Of a DNA stretch of 64,000 nucleotides, positions 1 through 7,774 are shown one piece after another. The notes beneath the pieces were generated by a model that had not been told where the DNA came from, did not search any database, and was given only the letters and a program-made list of their open reading frames with translations. This stretch comes from Candidatus Falkowbacteria bacterium (GTDB lineage: Bacteria; Patescibacteriota; Patescibacteriia; XYB2-FULL-38-15). The stretch is taken from positions 28,945-92,944 of the forward strand of contig JBBIUS010000001.1 in the NCBI GenBank assembly GCA_037440105.1, given 5' to 3'. The position numbers and the translations under genes are program-made. Each line of letters opens with the position of its first letter. The first letter of the stretch is position 1.

Positions 1-2263
1 TCCAAGTAGTTGTTGAAGCAGTTTTATCCTGCCAAAATTTGACCAATCCAGCTGCTCCTAATCTTTCGCCATAAAGATTAACTTGCAAATTTTCTGGACC
101 ATTGTCTGGTTCTAACAAACAAAGGCCTGGCTTTGGCGAGCCGGCGGTTATTTCAAACTGCGATGGACTTAAATCAGAAGTATCATCGCTTAAACCAACT
201 GAAGTTACCAATTTCAAAACCCCGCTTATTGCTCCGGTTGGAACCTTAACAACTACTGAGTCATTCTTCCACCAATTTGCCCTGCAAAGGGCTGGAAAAT
301 CTGTGGCTGCTAAAATATCTCTGCCTTCTGCATCTTTAAAAAAGACCTGCCCTATTGCTGTGCCAAAATTTGAACCATAGATTGTCACATATTCTCCAGG
401 CGGCCCTGACTCTGGCTCAAAACGCAAAATTTTTGGTCCTTCGGCAACCGGCGTTACTTGAAAATTAACTGGATTGCTTGTTTCGCCTGCTTTTGAAACT
501 TGAAGAGAAACAAGGCCAGGAACAATGTTTGGCACGGTTGATAAAATTGAAGTATTCGTCCAATTTATAATTCGTTCGGCTCTTGTTCCGCCAAAGGTTA
601 CTTCGCCGTCGCCTCGTTCAGAACCAAAATTTATACCAGTCAAAGTAACTTCAGCCTTAAAGGGAGCGCTTGCTGGCTCTGCAGAACAAAGACCAGGTCT
701 AACTGTTTCATTGACATTAAAATCTGGCAAAAATGGTCCGCGACCGTCGTTTGTTTGGTCAGTGTAATGATTTTGCGTTGTTCCCTCTTCAATTTTAATT
801 GGCCCGCTGACCGCGCCTTCTGGAACAGCAACAACAATTTGATTGTCTTGCCATGGCAGTCGACAGCTGGCAAGCGGAGCAACTTTGTCATCTCCTTCGC
901 CTTCACCGCCTAAAAAAACAACCTTTCCAGGGTTGCTCCCAAAATATTGACCAAAAATTGTAATATAATTTCCTGGCGCACCATTATCTGGCTGGACGCT
1001 TGTAATGACCGGCAAATTTGTGCAAACACCGTTCTCGCAGTGACCGCCGGCGCAATCAAAATCAGAAGTGCAACTTGCTCCTTGGCAGGCGCCGCAGTCA
1101 GCTCCGCCGCAGTCGCGGCCAGTTTCATCAGCATCCTGCAAATTATTAAAACAATGAGCTGCCCGAACTACTACTTCTACGCCAGATGAAGTAGCGCTGT
1201 TTGCGTCAACATCGTATGCTTTCACTGCCAGGGTATGCCGCGAACCAAGCGTTATGCCGGTTGTATCCCAGTCGGCTTTTCCGCTGAATTCGCGGGGTGA
1301 ACCAGTTGGCGAATCAGTGGCAAACCGATTTCCATCAACCATAAACTCTAAATAAGAAATACCTGCATCATCAGTTGCTCGCCCTCCAACTTCAACGACT
1401 GCATCAGCACTGACCGATTGACCAGAATCAGGTTGAGTAATTTCAACTTCAGGTCCTCTGACATCAACCAAACTGCCGGTTGTAAAAGAAGTCTGGCAGG
1501 AAGGCGCCAAGCCGCCACAAACTAAAGCTCGACCGTCGGAGCTTCGTACCTCAGTAGTTAGTTCAACAATATATTCTGTATTTTCTTCAAAACATTTTTT
1601 ATCATCATTTGGCGGCGGACAGAGAGCAACTGGAGAAAACTCTGCAACATTGTCTGAAACAGAAATTAAACCATCGACCAAACTTTGGTCAGCAGATTTT
1701 TTAACTGTGAAATTGCCAGGCGCTTCTAAACTTGCTAAATCAACATTTCGATTAAAAACAACTCTAACTGTAACATTGCGAATTGGAAGGCTGCCAGACG
1801 GACTAATGCTCCTGACAACAAAAGCCTCAACCGGCAGGCCTGGCTCACCTCCTGGAGGAATCCCTGGGCCGACCTCACCTCCGGGCGACGCGCCAGTCGC
1901 CTCCATTAATCTATTTAAAACAAATTGAGTAATACTAAAAGCAAAAATAATAATTACAAGACCAATTACTGCGCTTGTTAAAACCTTTTTAGCTTTTGCG
2001 ATTCGTTCTTCATTGCCGGCGGCTGTCATCCAAACAAAACCGCCGTACAAAACAATGGCAAAAGCAACAATTCCTAAAAATCCTAAAGCAACCCGGATAA
2101 TTCGGGCAGCAACAATCCTTGGATCTTGAGTCGGCAGAGCAATTTCCTCGCCAATTTCGTTAATACCAAGTTCTTGAGCAAAAACGGATTGGACAAATAC
2201 AAAACCAACCGCAGATAAAAACAGCACCAAGAGAATTTTTAAAATTTTCTTTTTCTTCTCCAT
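1..2263 (-). CDS. Large surface/secreted protein, partial (C-terminus lies beyond window start): signal/TM, TrbC/VirB2-like pilin membrane hairpin, Ig-like region, Cys-rich module, at least 4 IPT/TIG-like repeats
   Basis: Own translation of the minus strand from ATG (complement of 2261-2263): MEKKKKILKILLVLFLSAVGF...LYGGFVWMTAAGNEERIAKAKKVL... The frame stays open down to position 2. It is missing from the ORF track only because there is no in-window stop. Recurrent GxPGxY[IV]TIxGxxFG modules are present. The small plus-strand ORFs at 102-1928 are shadows of this gene. Confidence 0.8.
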   Translation of the reverse strand, partial: MEKKKKILKILLVLFLSAVGFVFVQSVFAQELGINEIGEEIALPTQDPRIVAARIIRVALGFLGIVAFAIVLYGGFVWMTAAGNEERIAKAKKVLTSAVIGLVIIIFAFSITQFVLNRLMEATGASPGGEVGPGIPPGGEPGLPVEAFVVRSISPSGSLPIRNVTVRVVFNRNVDLASLEAPGNFTVKKSADQSLVDGLISVSDNVAEFSPVALCPPPNDDKKCFEENTEYIVELTTEVRSSDGRALVCGGLAPSCQTSFTTGSLVDVRGPEVEITQPDSGQSVSADAVVEVGGRATDDAGISYLEFMVDGNRFATDSPTGSPREFSGKADWDTTGITLGSRHTLAVKAYDVDANSATSSGVEVVVRAAHCFNNLQDADETGRDCGGADCGACQGASCTSDFDCAGGHCENGVCTNLPVITSVQPDNGAPGNYITIFGQYFGSNPGKVVFLGGEGEGDDKVAPLASCRLPWQDNQIVVAVPEGAVSGPIKIEEGTTQNHYTDQTNDGRGPFLPDFNVNETVRPGLCSAEPASAPFKAEVTLTGINFGSERGDGEVTFGGTRAERIINWTNTSILSTVPNIVPGLVSLQVSKAGETSNPVNFQVTPVAEGPKILRFEPESGPPGEYVTIYGSNFGTAIGQVFFKDAEGRDILAATDFPALCRANWWKNDSVVVKVPTGAISGVLKLVTSVGLSDDTSDLSPSQFEITAGSPKPGLCLLEPDNGPENLQVNLYGERLGAAGLVKFWQDKTASTTTW

Positions 2264-2273
2264 GGATAATTTT

Positions 2274-2346
2274 GAATCAGGAATTATGAATCATGAATCA
2301 GGATTTTCAAAAATTACCCTGATTCCAAATTCCAGATTCATAATTC
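2274..2346. repeat. Word-hairpin spacer, family A (GAATTATGAAT / ATTCATAATTC words), copy 1
   Basis: Left arm gaatcaggaattatgaatcatgaatcagg, AT loop, right arm cctgattccaaattccagattcataattc. It lies between the stop of the 2354-4156 gene and the start of the 1-2263 gene. Confidence 0.7.
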
Positions 2347-2353
2347 AATAACT

Positions 2354-4156
2354 TTATTTCCACGGCTCGCATCCCGGCGGAAGATTCCCATCTGGTCCAA
2401 CAATACACTTTTTTCCCCCTCCTGGCCCTTCCGGCTCAAAAAAACAGTTTTGATAAACATCTTTTACGCCATGGGTAACGCGAGGATAATACATGACTGT
2501 TTCTGGACTAACCAAATTACCATCAGCACAAGTTCCGCCGGTTGGAATAAAATTCCCATGATAAATCGCGGCCTTTGTTTTGGCTGCCACATCGTCAGGA
2601 GAATCTACCGGCGTACCATCTTCTTTCAAATTTATTCCACCTAAATAAAACCAAACAGCGCATTCGTCCCTTTGATTATCCTCCAAAATTATGTTTTCTG
2701 AATTAAAACTACCAATGCTCATTATCTTCGAAAAAAACATTTCAACCGGCACATTAAAGGCCGCACCTGATGTGTTTGGAGAAGGACTGACATTTTCAAT
2801 TTCTGGCGGGGCTAAATCAATTGTGTTGTTAGTGCTAAAAGAAAGGCCAAAGTTATCAACTCCTGAAATTTCATCCAAATCTGACCCTTGCGCTGTACCA
2901 TCTTTGTTGCCGTCCAAAGAATTGCCAGCTGCATCAGTAACCCCATCATAAGGCCAAAGAGCCTCTGGCGGCGACTCACTCAAGGTTGCGGCCAAAATCA
3001 AAACGTCAATTCTTTCATCACCCGGCAAACAAAAAACATCTCCACCGCATGAATTTGTTCCGCATTTATCATTAGTTATAAATTCCACTGTCTTGTATTG
3101 ATTAGCGATTGACCATCGCCCAGAAATTGGACTGCCATCGGCTTTTTTAACTTCAATCTTATCAAAAAATGTTGGCCATTCTCCGGTAACTGTTGTCGGG
3201 TCCATTGCCTCGTCAAAATTAATTTGAATTAGGGCATTTCGCGCCACTGTATCTCCTTCATTTGGCCAGACGCTCTCAACTTGCGGCGGGGTTGTGTCAA
3301 CAAAAGTGCTTACTTCAAAATCCCAAAGGTAACCGCCGCGAAAAGCGCCGACAAAGGCGTCAGAACCATCGGATTTCCGAATACCTGGCTTCAGAGCCAC
3401 TGTATACCAAATGTTTTCTGAAGGACTGCCTAAAAGATCGTCTGGATCAAAAACAAAAGTTTTCAAGTCAGAAGTAAACATCACTTTAACTTGGTTATCT
3501 GCCAATGCGTTGATTTCTCCGTCAATTGATTTATAAATTTTTACATTCTCGCTGTTCAAACCACCCCAATCATCAGCCAAATTATCAGGTGTGCCGTTAT
3601 CATTATAATTGGTTATGATGCTTTCGCGCGTTACTGATTCTCTAAAAGTAACAATAATTTTTGTATTTCTGCTAACGCCAGTCGCGCCGCGGGCTGGCCA
3701 ATGACTTTCAATTATTCCATTACCTAAAGAACTAGAAAGTTGCTCAACAACTGATGGACCGCCGGGAATGCCGGGCCCAAGCACGCCTGTTACTTCTATT
3801 AGTTTATTTAAAACAAACTGAGTAATACCAAAAGAAAAGACAATAATAATTAAACCAATTAAACCATTAGTTAAAATCTTTTTCGCTTTTGCAATCCGTT
3901 CTTCATTGCCGGCTGAGGTCATCCAGGCAAAACCGCCGTACAAAACAATTATTAAGGCAATAATTCCTAAAAAACCTAAAGCTGCCCTAATAATTCGGGC
4001 AGCAATAATCCGCGGGTCCTCTCCGGGCAAAGTGATTTCTTCACCAACTGCATTAATACCAAGTTCTTGAGCGAAAATGGTTTGAATAAATAAAAAACTG
4101 GCCGTGAATAAAAACAGTACCAAGAAAATTTTCAAAATTTTCTTTTTCTTCTCCAT
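2354..4156 (-). CDS. Surface protein paralog: signal/TM + TrbC/VirB2-like pilin hairpin + Ig-like (SbsA/Big-like) domains, 600 aa
   Basis: ORF track. The first ~125 aa are about 75% identical to the neighbouring 1-2263 protein (DPRIIAARIIRAALGFLGIIALIIVLYGGFAWMTSAGNEERIAKAKKIL). The rest is beta-rich extracellular-type sequence. Confidence 0.85.
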   Translation of the reverse strand: MEKKKKILKIFLVLFLFTASFLFIQTIFAQELGINAVGEEITLPGEDPRIIAARIIRAALGFLGIIALIIVLYGGFAWMTSAGNEERIAKAKKILTNGLIGLIIIVFSFGITQFVLNKLIEVTGVLGPGIPGGPSVVEQLSSSLGNGIIESHWPARGATGVSRNTKIIVTFRESVTRESIITNYNDNGTPDNLADDWGGLNSENVKIYKSIDGEINALADNQVKVMFTSDLKTFVFDPDDLLGSPSENIWYTVALKPGIRKSDGSDAFVGAFRGGYLWDFEVSTFVDTTPPQVESVWPNEGDTVARNALIQINFDEAMDPTTVTGEWPTFFDKIEVKKADGSPISGRWSIANQYKTVEFITNDKCGTNSCGGDVFCLPGDERIDVLILAATLSESPPEALWPYDGVTDAAGNSLDGNKDGTAQGSDLDEISGVDNFGLSFSTNNTIDLAPPEIENVSPSPNTSGAAFNVPVEMFFSKIMSIGSFNSENIILEDNQRDECAVWFYLGGINLKEDGTPVDSPDDVAAKTKAAIYHGNFIPTGGTCADGNLVSPETVMYYPRVTHGVKDVYQNCFFEPEGPGGGKKCIVGPDGNLPPGCEPWK

Positions 4157-4166
4157 GGATAATTTT

Positions 4167-4240
4167 GAATCAGGAATTATGAATTAAGAATTATGGAAAT
4201 AATTTTAAAACCATAATTCCTAATTCCTGTTTCATGATTC
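4167..4240. repeat. Word-hairpin spacer, family A, copy 2
   Basis: gaatcaggaattatgaattaagaattatgg / loop / ccataattcctaattcctgtttcatgattc. The first ~30 nt upstream of the ATG are identical to copy 1 (catggataattttgaatcaggaattatgaat). Confidence 0.7.
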
Positions 4241-4248
4241 CACAAATT

Positions 4249-4695
4249 TTATTTCTTCAATATTTCTCTCACAATCTTCCCAACCACTGCTCCTCCTGCC
4301 CTTCGAGCCACTTCTTTCATCACCGCGCCCATCACTTTTCCAAAATCTTCGGGACCAGTCGCGCCTAATTCTTTTACCTTTTTTTCAACAATCATTTTAA
4401 TTTCTTCTTCGCTCAATTCTTTTGGCAGATATCTTTTTAAAATTTCGAGTTCAGCCTCCTCCCTTGCCACTAAATCTTCTCGCTTGCCTTTTTTATACTC
4501 CTCAATTGAATCTTTACGCTTTTTGACTTCTTGAGAGATAACTTTTAAAACATCTTCATCAGTGAACTCTTTTCGCATCGCGGCAATCTCTGCGTTTAAA
4601 ATAGCAGCATTAAGCAGCCGTAAAGTAGAAATTACGGCTTGGTTTTTCTCTTTCAAGGCTTGCTTTAAATCGCTTTCAATTTTTTCTTTGAGCAT
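4249..4695 (-). CDS. yqeY: GatB/YqeY-domain protein
   Basis: 148 aa. Typical YqeY pattern: DLKQALKEKNQ...LRLL.AAI.N..I, EI.ILK.YLP..LSEEEI, G..DFGKVMGAVMKE..RA.G..V. Confidence 0.85.
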   Translation of the reverse strand: MLKEKIESDLKQALKEKNQAVISTLRLLNAAILNAEIAAMRKEFTDEDVLKVISQEVKKRKDSIEEYKKGKREDLVAREEAELEILKRYLPKELSEEEIKMIVEKKVKELGATGPEDFGKVMGAVMKEVARRAGGAVVGKIVREILKK

Positions 4696-4728
4696 TAAAT
4701 TGCTTATGATTTGAATTTTAAATTTTGA

Positions 4729-4962
4729 TTATTCTTCTTTTAATTTGCCGATTTTCTTTAAATATTCTCTCTTGGCTCTTACTTTCAGCCGCCGCAGAGC
4801 ACTCTCGCGACACAAATTGCGGCTTTTTTGGCGTTCATGAAATCTTACTTTCTTGGCTTGGATTAGCCTGCCGCTTTTTAAAACCTTTCTCGAAAACCGG
4901 CGAAGCAAACTCTCAAAAGTTTCTCCTTGTTTTCGTTTAACTTCTTGTCCCAAGGTGGTCAC
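4729..4962 (-). CDS. rpsU: 30S ribosomal protein S21
   Basis: GETFESLLRRFSRKVLKSGRL...RFHERQKSRN...LRR.K. The start is uncertain: GTG at 4962, or TTG at 4953 preceded by GAGGTG. Confidence 0.85.
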   Translation of the reverse strand: MTTLGQEVKRKQGETFESLLRRFSRKVLKSGRLIQAKKVRFHERQKSRNLCRESALRRLKVRAKREYLKKIGKLKEE

Positions 4963-5094
4963 CTCACTTTCAAATTTTAAATTGAAAATTAATTATAATT
5001 ATAAAATTTTAACCTTTTTAAACGGCTCGGTCAACCTCATCACAACAGCGCAAGATGCTGTCATTTTGTTACACTCACCGCCTCGTGTGTTAAA

Positions 5095-6456
5095 TTAAAC
5101 ATTCGCTAACTTCTTTTTAATCTCAAAAGCCGCCTTTTTGAAATTAACAACCTCTTGCGCTCCGCTTTCCATATCTTTTATTATAGCAGTTCCATCAGTC
5201 ACTTCTTTTTGCCCCAAAAGCAGAACAAATTTTACTCCCAATTTGTTAGCAAATTCCAATTGCGGTTTAAGCCCATCTTTAGAAAGATTAGAAGCAGGAT
5301 AAATACCCTCTTTTCTTAACTCTTCAAAAAGCGTTAAAATTTTTCGCCGAGCGGCCTCCCCCAACTGAGCTAAAAAAACCATTGGTTTCTCAAGTTCAGG
5401 TATTGGCAAATTTTTTTTCTTTATTACTTGAAGTATTCTTTCTGCCCCAAAAGCAAATCCGCAAGCAGGGGTCGGCCTGCCCCCTAAAAATTTTATCAAA
5501 TCATCATAACGCCCTCCGCCGCCTAAAGAATCCTGTTTTTCCTCTTCTCTTTCTTCAGAAATAATTTCAAAAACAGTTCGAGTGTAATAATCAAGACCGC
5601 GGACCAAGTAAGGGTTTAAATTATAAGGAATGCCAATTTCATCTAAATATTCTAAAACCTTAACAAAATGGCTTTTGCATTCTTCGCACAGCCAATCAAC
5701 TATTTGAGGAGCCTCTTCTTTTACACTTTGGCACTTTTCTTCTTTACAGTCCAAAAGCCGTAAAGGATTTTTAGTCAATCTTTTTTTACAACTATCACAA
5801 ATTAACTTTTTCTTTGTCTGATAATAATCTATTAGTTCGGCAGTGTATTTAGACCGGCAGGAAGAACAGCCGATACTATTTATTGAGACAGAGGTATTTA
5901 GTCCCAATTCCTTACAAAAATTAAAAGCCAAAATAATTGTTTCTGCGTCAACCGCAGGATGGCCGTCGCCTAAAATTTCAAAACCTAACTGCCAAAATTG
6001 GCGAAGTCTGCCGGCCTGAGGCCGTTCGTGTCTAAACATTGGCCCATAGTAATAAAGTTTTACTGGCTGAGGCAAATTAATCATTCCGTGCTGAATGTAA
6101 GCCCGAGCAATAGAAGCAGTCGCTTCAGGTCTTAAGCAAACTTCTTCACCTCCTAAATCAACAAAAGAAAACATCTCTTTTTCCACAATGTCGGTATGGG
6201 TACCAACAGCCCTAACAAAAAGATTTTTTGCTTCTAAAATAGGGACATCAATTTTAGAAAAACCGCTCCCTATAAAAAATTTTTCGGCTTTTCTTTGGAG
6301 AAAGAACCAATATTTTTGCTCTCCAGGTAAAATATCTTTCATCCCGCGCAAAGTCTGGAGTTCTTTTTGAACAACTGGTTTTTTTGAAATTAAAGCTTTT
6401 GTTTTTTTTGCCTTTTTAACTTCCTTTGCTTTTTTAATTTTTGGTTTCCTTGCCAT
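5095..6456 (-). CDS. hisS: Histidine--tRNA ligase
   Basis: Class II HisRS signatures LRGMKDILP, CLRPEATASIARAY, GGGGRYD, and an anticodon-binding C-terminus. Lys-rich ~35-aa N-terminal extension. Confidence 0.95.
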   Translation of the reverse strand: MARKPKIKKAKEVKKAKKTKALISKKPVVQKELQTLRGMKDILPGEQKYWFFLQRKAEKFFIGSGFSKIDVPILEAKNLFVRAVGTHTDIVEKEMFSFVDLGGEEVCLRPEATASIARAYIQHGMINLPQPVKLYYYGPMFRHERPQAGRLRQFWQLGFEILGDGHPAVDAETIILAFNFCKELGLNTSVSINSIGCSSCRSKYTAELIDYYQTKKKLICDSCKKRLTKNPLRLLDCKEEKCQSVKEEAPQIVDWLCEECKSHFVKVLEYLDEIGIPYNLNPYLVRGLDYYTRTVFEIISEEREEEKQDSLGGGGRYDDLIKFLGGRPTPACGFAFGAERILQVIKKKNLPIPELEKPMVFLAQLGEAARRKILTLFEELRKEGIYPASNLSKDGLKPQLEFANKLGVKFVLLLGQKEVTDGTAIIKDMESGAQEVVNFKKAAFEIKKKLANV

Positions 6457-6524
6457 ATAAGATTAAGTAAAGTTTGTAGGGTTCGTGTCGTCTTATCAAA
6501 ATATAATTTACCTCATTACACACC

Positions 6525-7145
6525 TTAAAAATTATACTGCGGCGCCTCAAAAACCTTAATTTTATTAAATGGCCATCCCCTAATCCAAACCTTACCAACA
6601 ATTAATTTGCGCTGGATCGGACCAAAACTCCGCGAATCATAACTTGAGAGTCGATTGTCGCCCAAAACAAAATATTCCTCAGGGCCTAAATTAACTGTTT
6701 GATTCCCCAGCGTTTTTAAACCTTCTTCTAAGTAAGGTTCATCTATCACCATGCCTTTTGGATTTTCTTCATTGTAAATTATTATCTTTTCGTTTGAAAT
6801 TTCAATTTTTTCGTTTGGAAGTCCTATTATCCTTTTAATAAAATATTGGCTTTTATCTTTTGGATATTTGAAAACAATAATGTCTCCGCGCTTAGGCTCA
6901 TTAAATCGATAACTTATCTCGTCAATAATCAAATATTCATGGTCATAAAAATTTGGCTCCATAGAAGCGCCTTTAACATAAAACGGCTGGATCAAAAAAT
7001 AACGAATTGGAACAATGATTGCCAGAGAGACTAAAATAACCTTAACTATTTCTATAATATACGAAATAATTTTCTTTAATCGGTTTTCGCTTGTTAGTTC
7101 AAAACCAATTTGTCCTTTTTTGTCTTGAGAAAAAAATTTAGACAT
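6525..7145 (-). CDS. lepB: Signal peptidase I
   Basis: N-terminal TM, then S26 boxes GASMEPN, GDIIVFKYP, FIKRIIGLP, VLGDNRLSSYDSR. Confidence 0.93.
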   Translation of the reverse strand: MSKFFSQDKKGQIGFELTSENRLKKIISYIIEIVKVILVSLAIIVPIRYFLIQPFYVKGASMEPNFYDHEYLIIDEISYRFNEPKRGDIIVFKYPKDKSQYFIKRIIGLPNEKIEISNEKIIIYNEENPKGMVIDEPYLEEGLKTLGNQTVNLGPEEYFVLGDNRLSSYDSRSFGPIQRKLIVGKVWIRGWPFNKIKVFEAPQYNF

Positions 7146-7168
7146 AATTTAAAAAATTTTCTAATCAA

Positions 7169-7229
7169 TGGACAATGCTGGATTTGAACCAGCGACCCCT
7201 GCAATGCCCATGCCCCGCACCTTTTATCA
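7169..7229 (-). other. tRNA-like 3' half module (T arm + acceptor 3' strand) preceded by the helix strand TGATAAAAGGTGCGG
   Basis: Minus strand: TGATAAAAGGTGCGG GGCATGGGCATTGCAGGGGTC GCTGG-TTCAAAT-CCAGC ATTGTCC A. ATTGTCC pairs with GGACGAT of the 7304-7351 module. Confidence 0.45.
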
Positions 7230-7303
7230 TGGACGCGGTCCGATTCGAACGGACGACCTTTCGGATGTGAACCGAATGCTCTAACCAACTGAGCTACGCG
7301 TCC
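7230..7303 (-). tRNA. tRNA-Val (anticodon CAC)
   Basis: Hand-folded cloverleaf: GGACGCG TA GCTC AGTTGGTTA GAGC A TTCGG TTCACAT CCGAA AGGTC GTCCG TTCGAAT CGGAC CGCGTCC A. No encoded CCA. Confidence 0.92.
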
Positions 7304-7351
7304 TAATAAAAGGTGCGGAGTAAAAGTGCTCTTCCGCTGAGCTAATCGTCC
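7304..7351 (-). other. tRNA-like 5' half module (acceptor 5' strand + canonical D arm) followed by the helix strand CCGCACCTTTTATTA
   Basis: Minus strand: GGACGAT TA GCTC AGCGGAA GAGC A CTTTTACT CCGCACCTTTTATTA. The D loop has A14, G18G19 and A21. No anticodon arm could be assigned. Confidence 0.45.
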
Positions 7352-7774
7352 AATTGTAATATAAACAACGCGGCTAAAACAATTTTTATTATAATTTATT
7401 ATAACATAAAAAAATTATAAAATGCAACCTTTTATTCTAAAATAATCCGAGACACAAAATAGGGCGTCAAAAACAGAAAAACTAAAGAACCAAAAATCAA
7501 AAATAGAAAACTTGGATTACGCTCACCCTTTATGACTTTAAAACAATTTTGCGGACATATTTTATTTTAAAATAATGCGCCCTTATTTTTGAGTAATTTT
7601 TATTTTTGTTGTACAATTAAAAAATTAATGGATGATAATTGAATCAAAACCAAAAATCAAAAAATCGTTTGGTATTAAATATTAAAATTTTAATATCTGC
7701 CCATTTCGCATTTTCGTAATTTCGTAGGATTATTAATAATCTCATAAAACTAAACAGTTAAGGTCTAATCATTA

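Noticed and set aside
102-1928. Five plus-strand ORFs and two minus-strand ORFs of 74-92 aa listed in the ORF track
   Set aside because: All lie inside, and out of frame with, the long minus-strand reading frame at 1-2263. That frame encodes coherent pilin-anchor, Ig-like and IPT/TIG-like sequence. The small ORFs have low-complexity, non-protein-like translations.
7094-7288. 64-aa minus-strand ORF
   Set aside because: It overlaps tRNA-Val and the tRNA-like half module. Its translation is non-protein-like.
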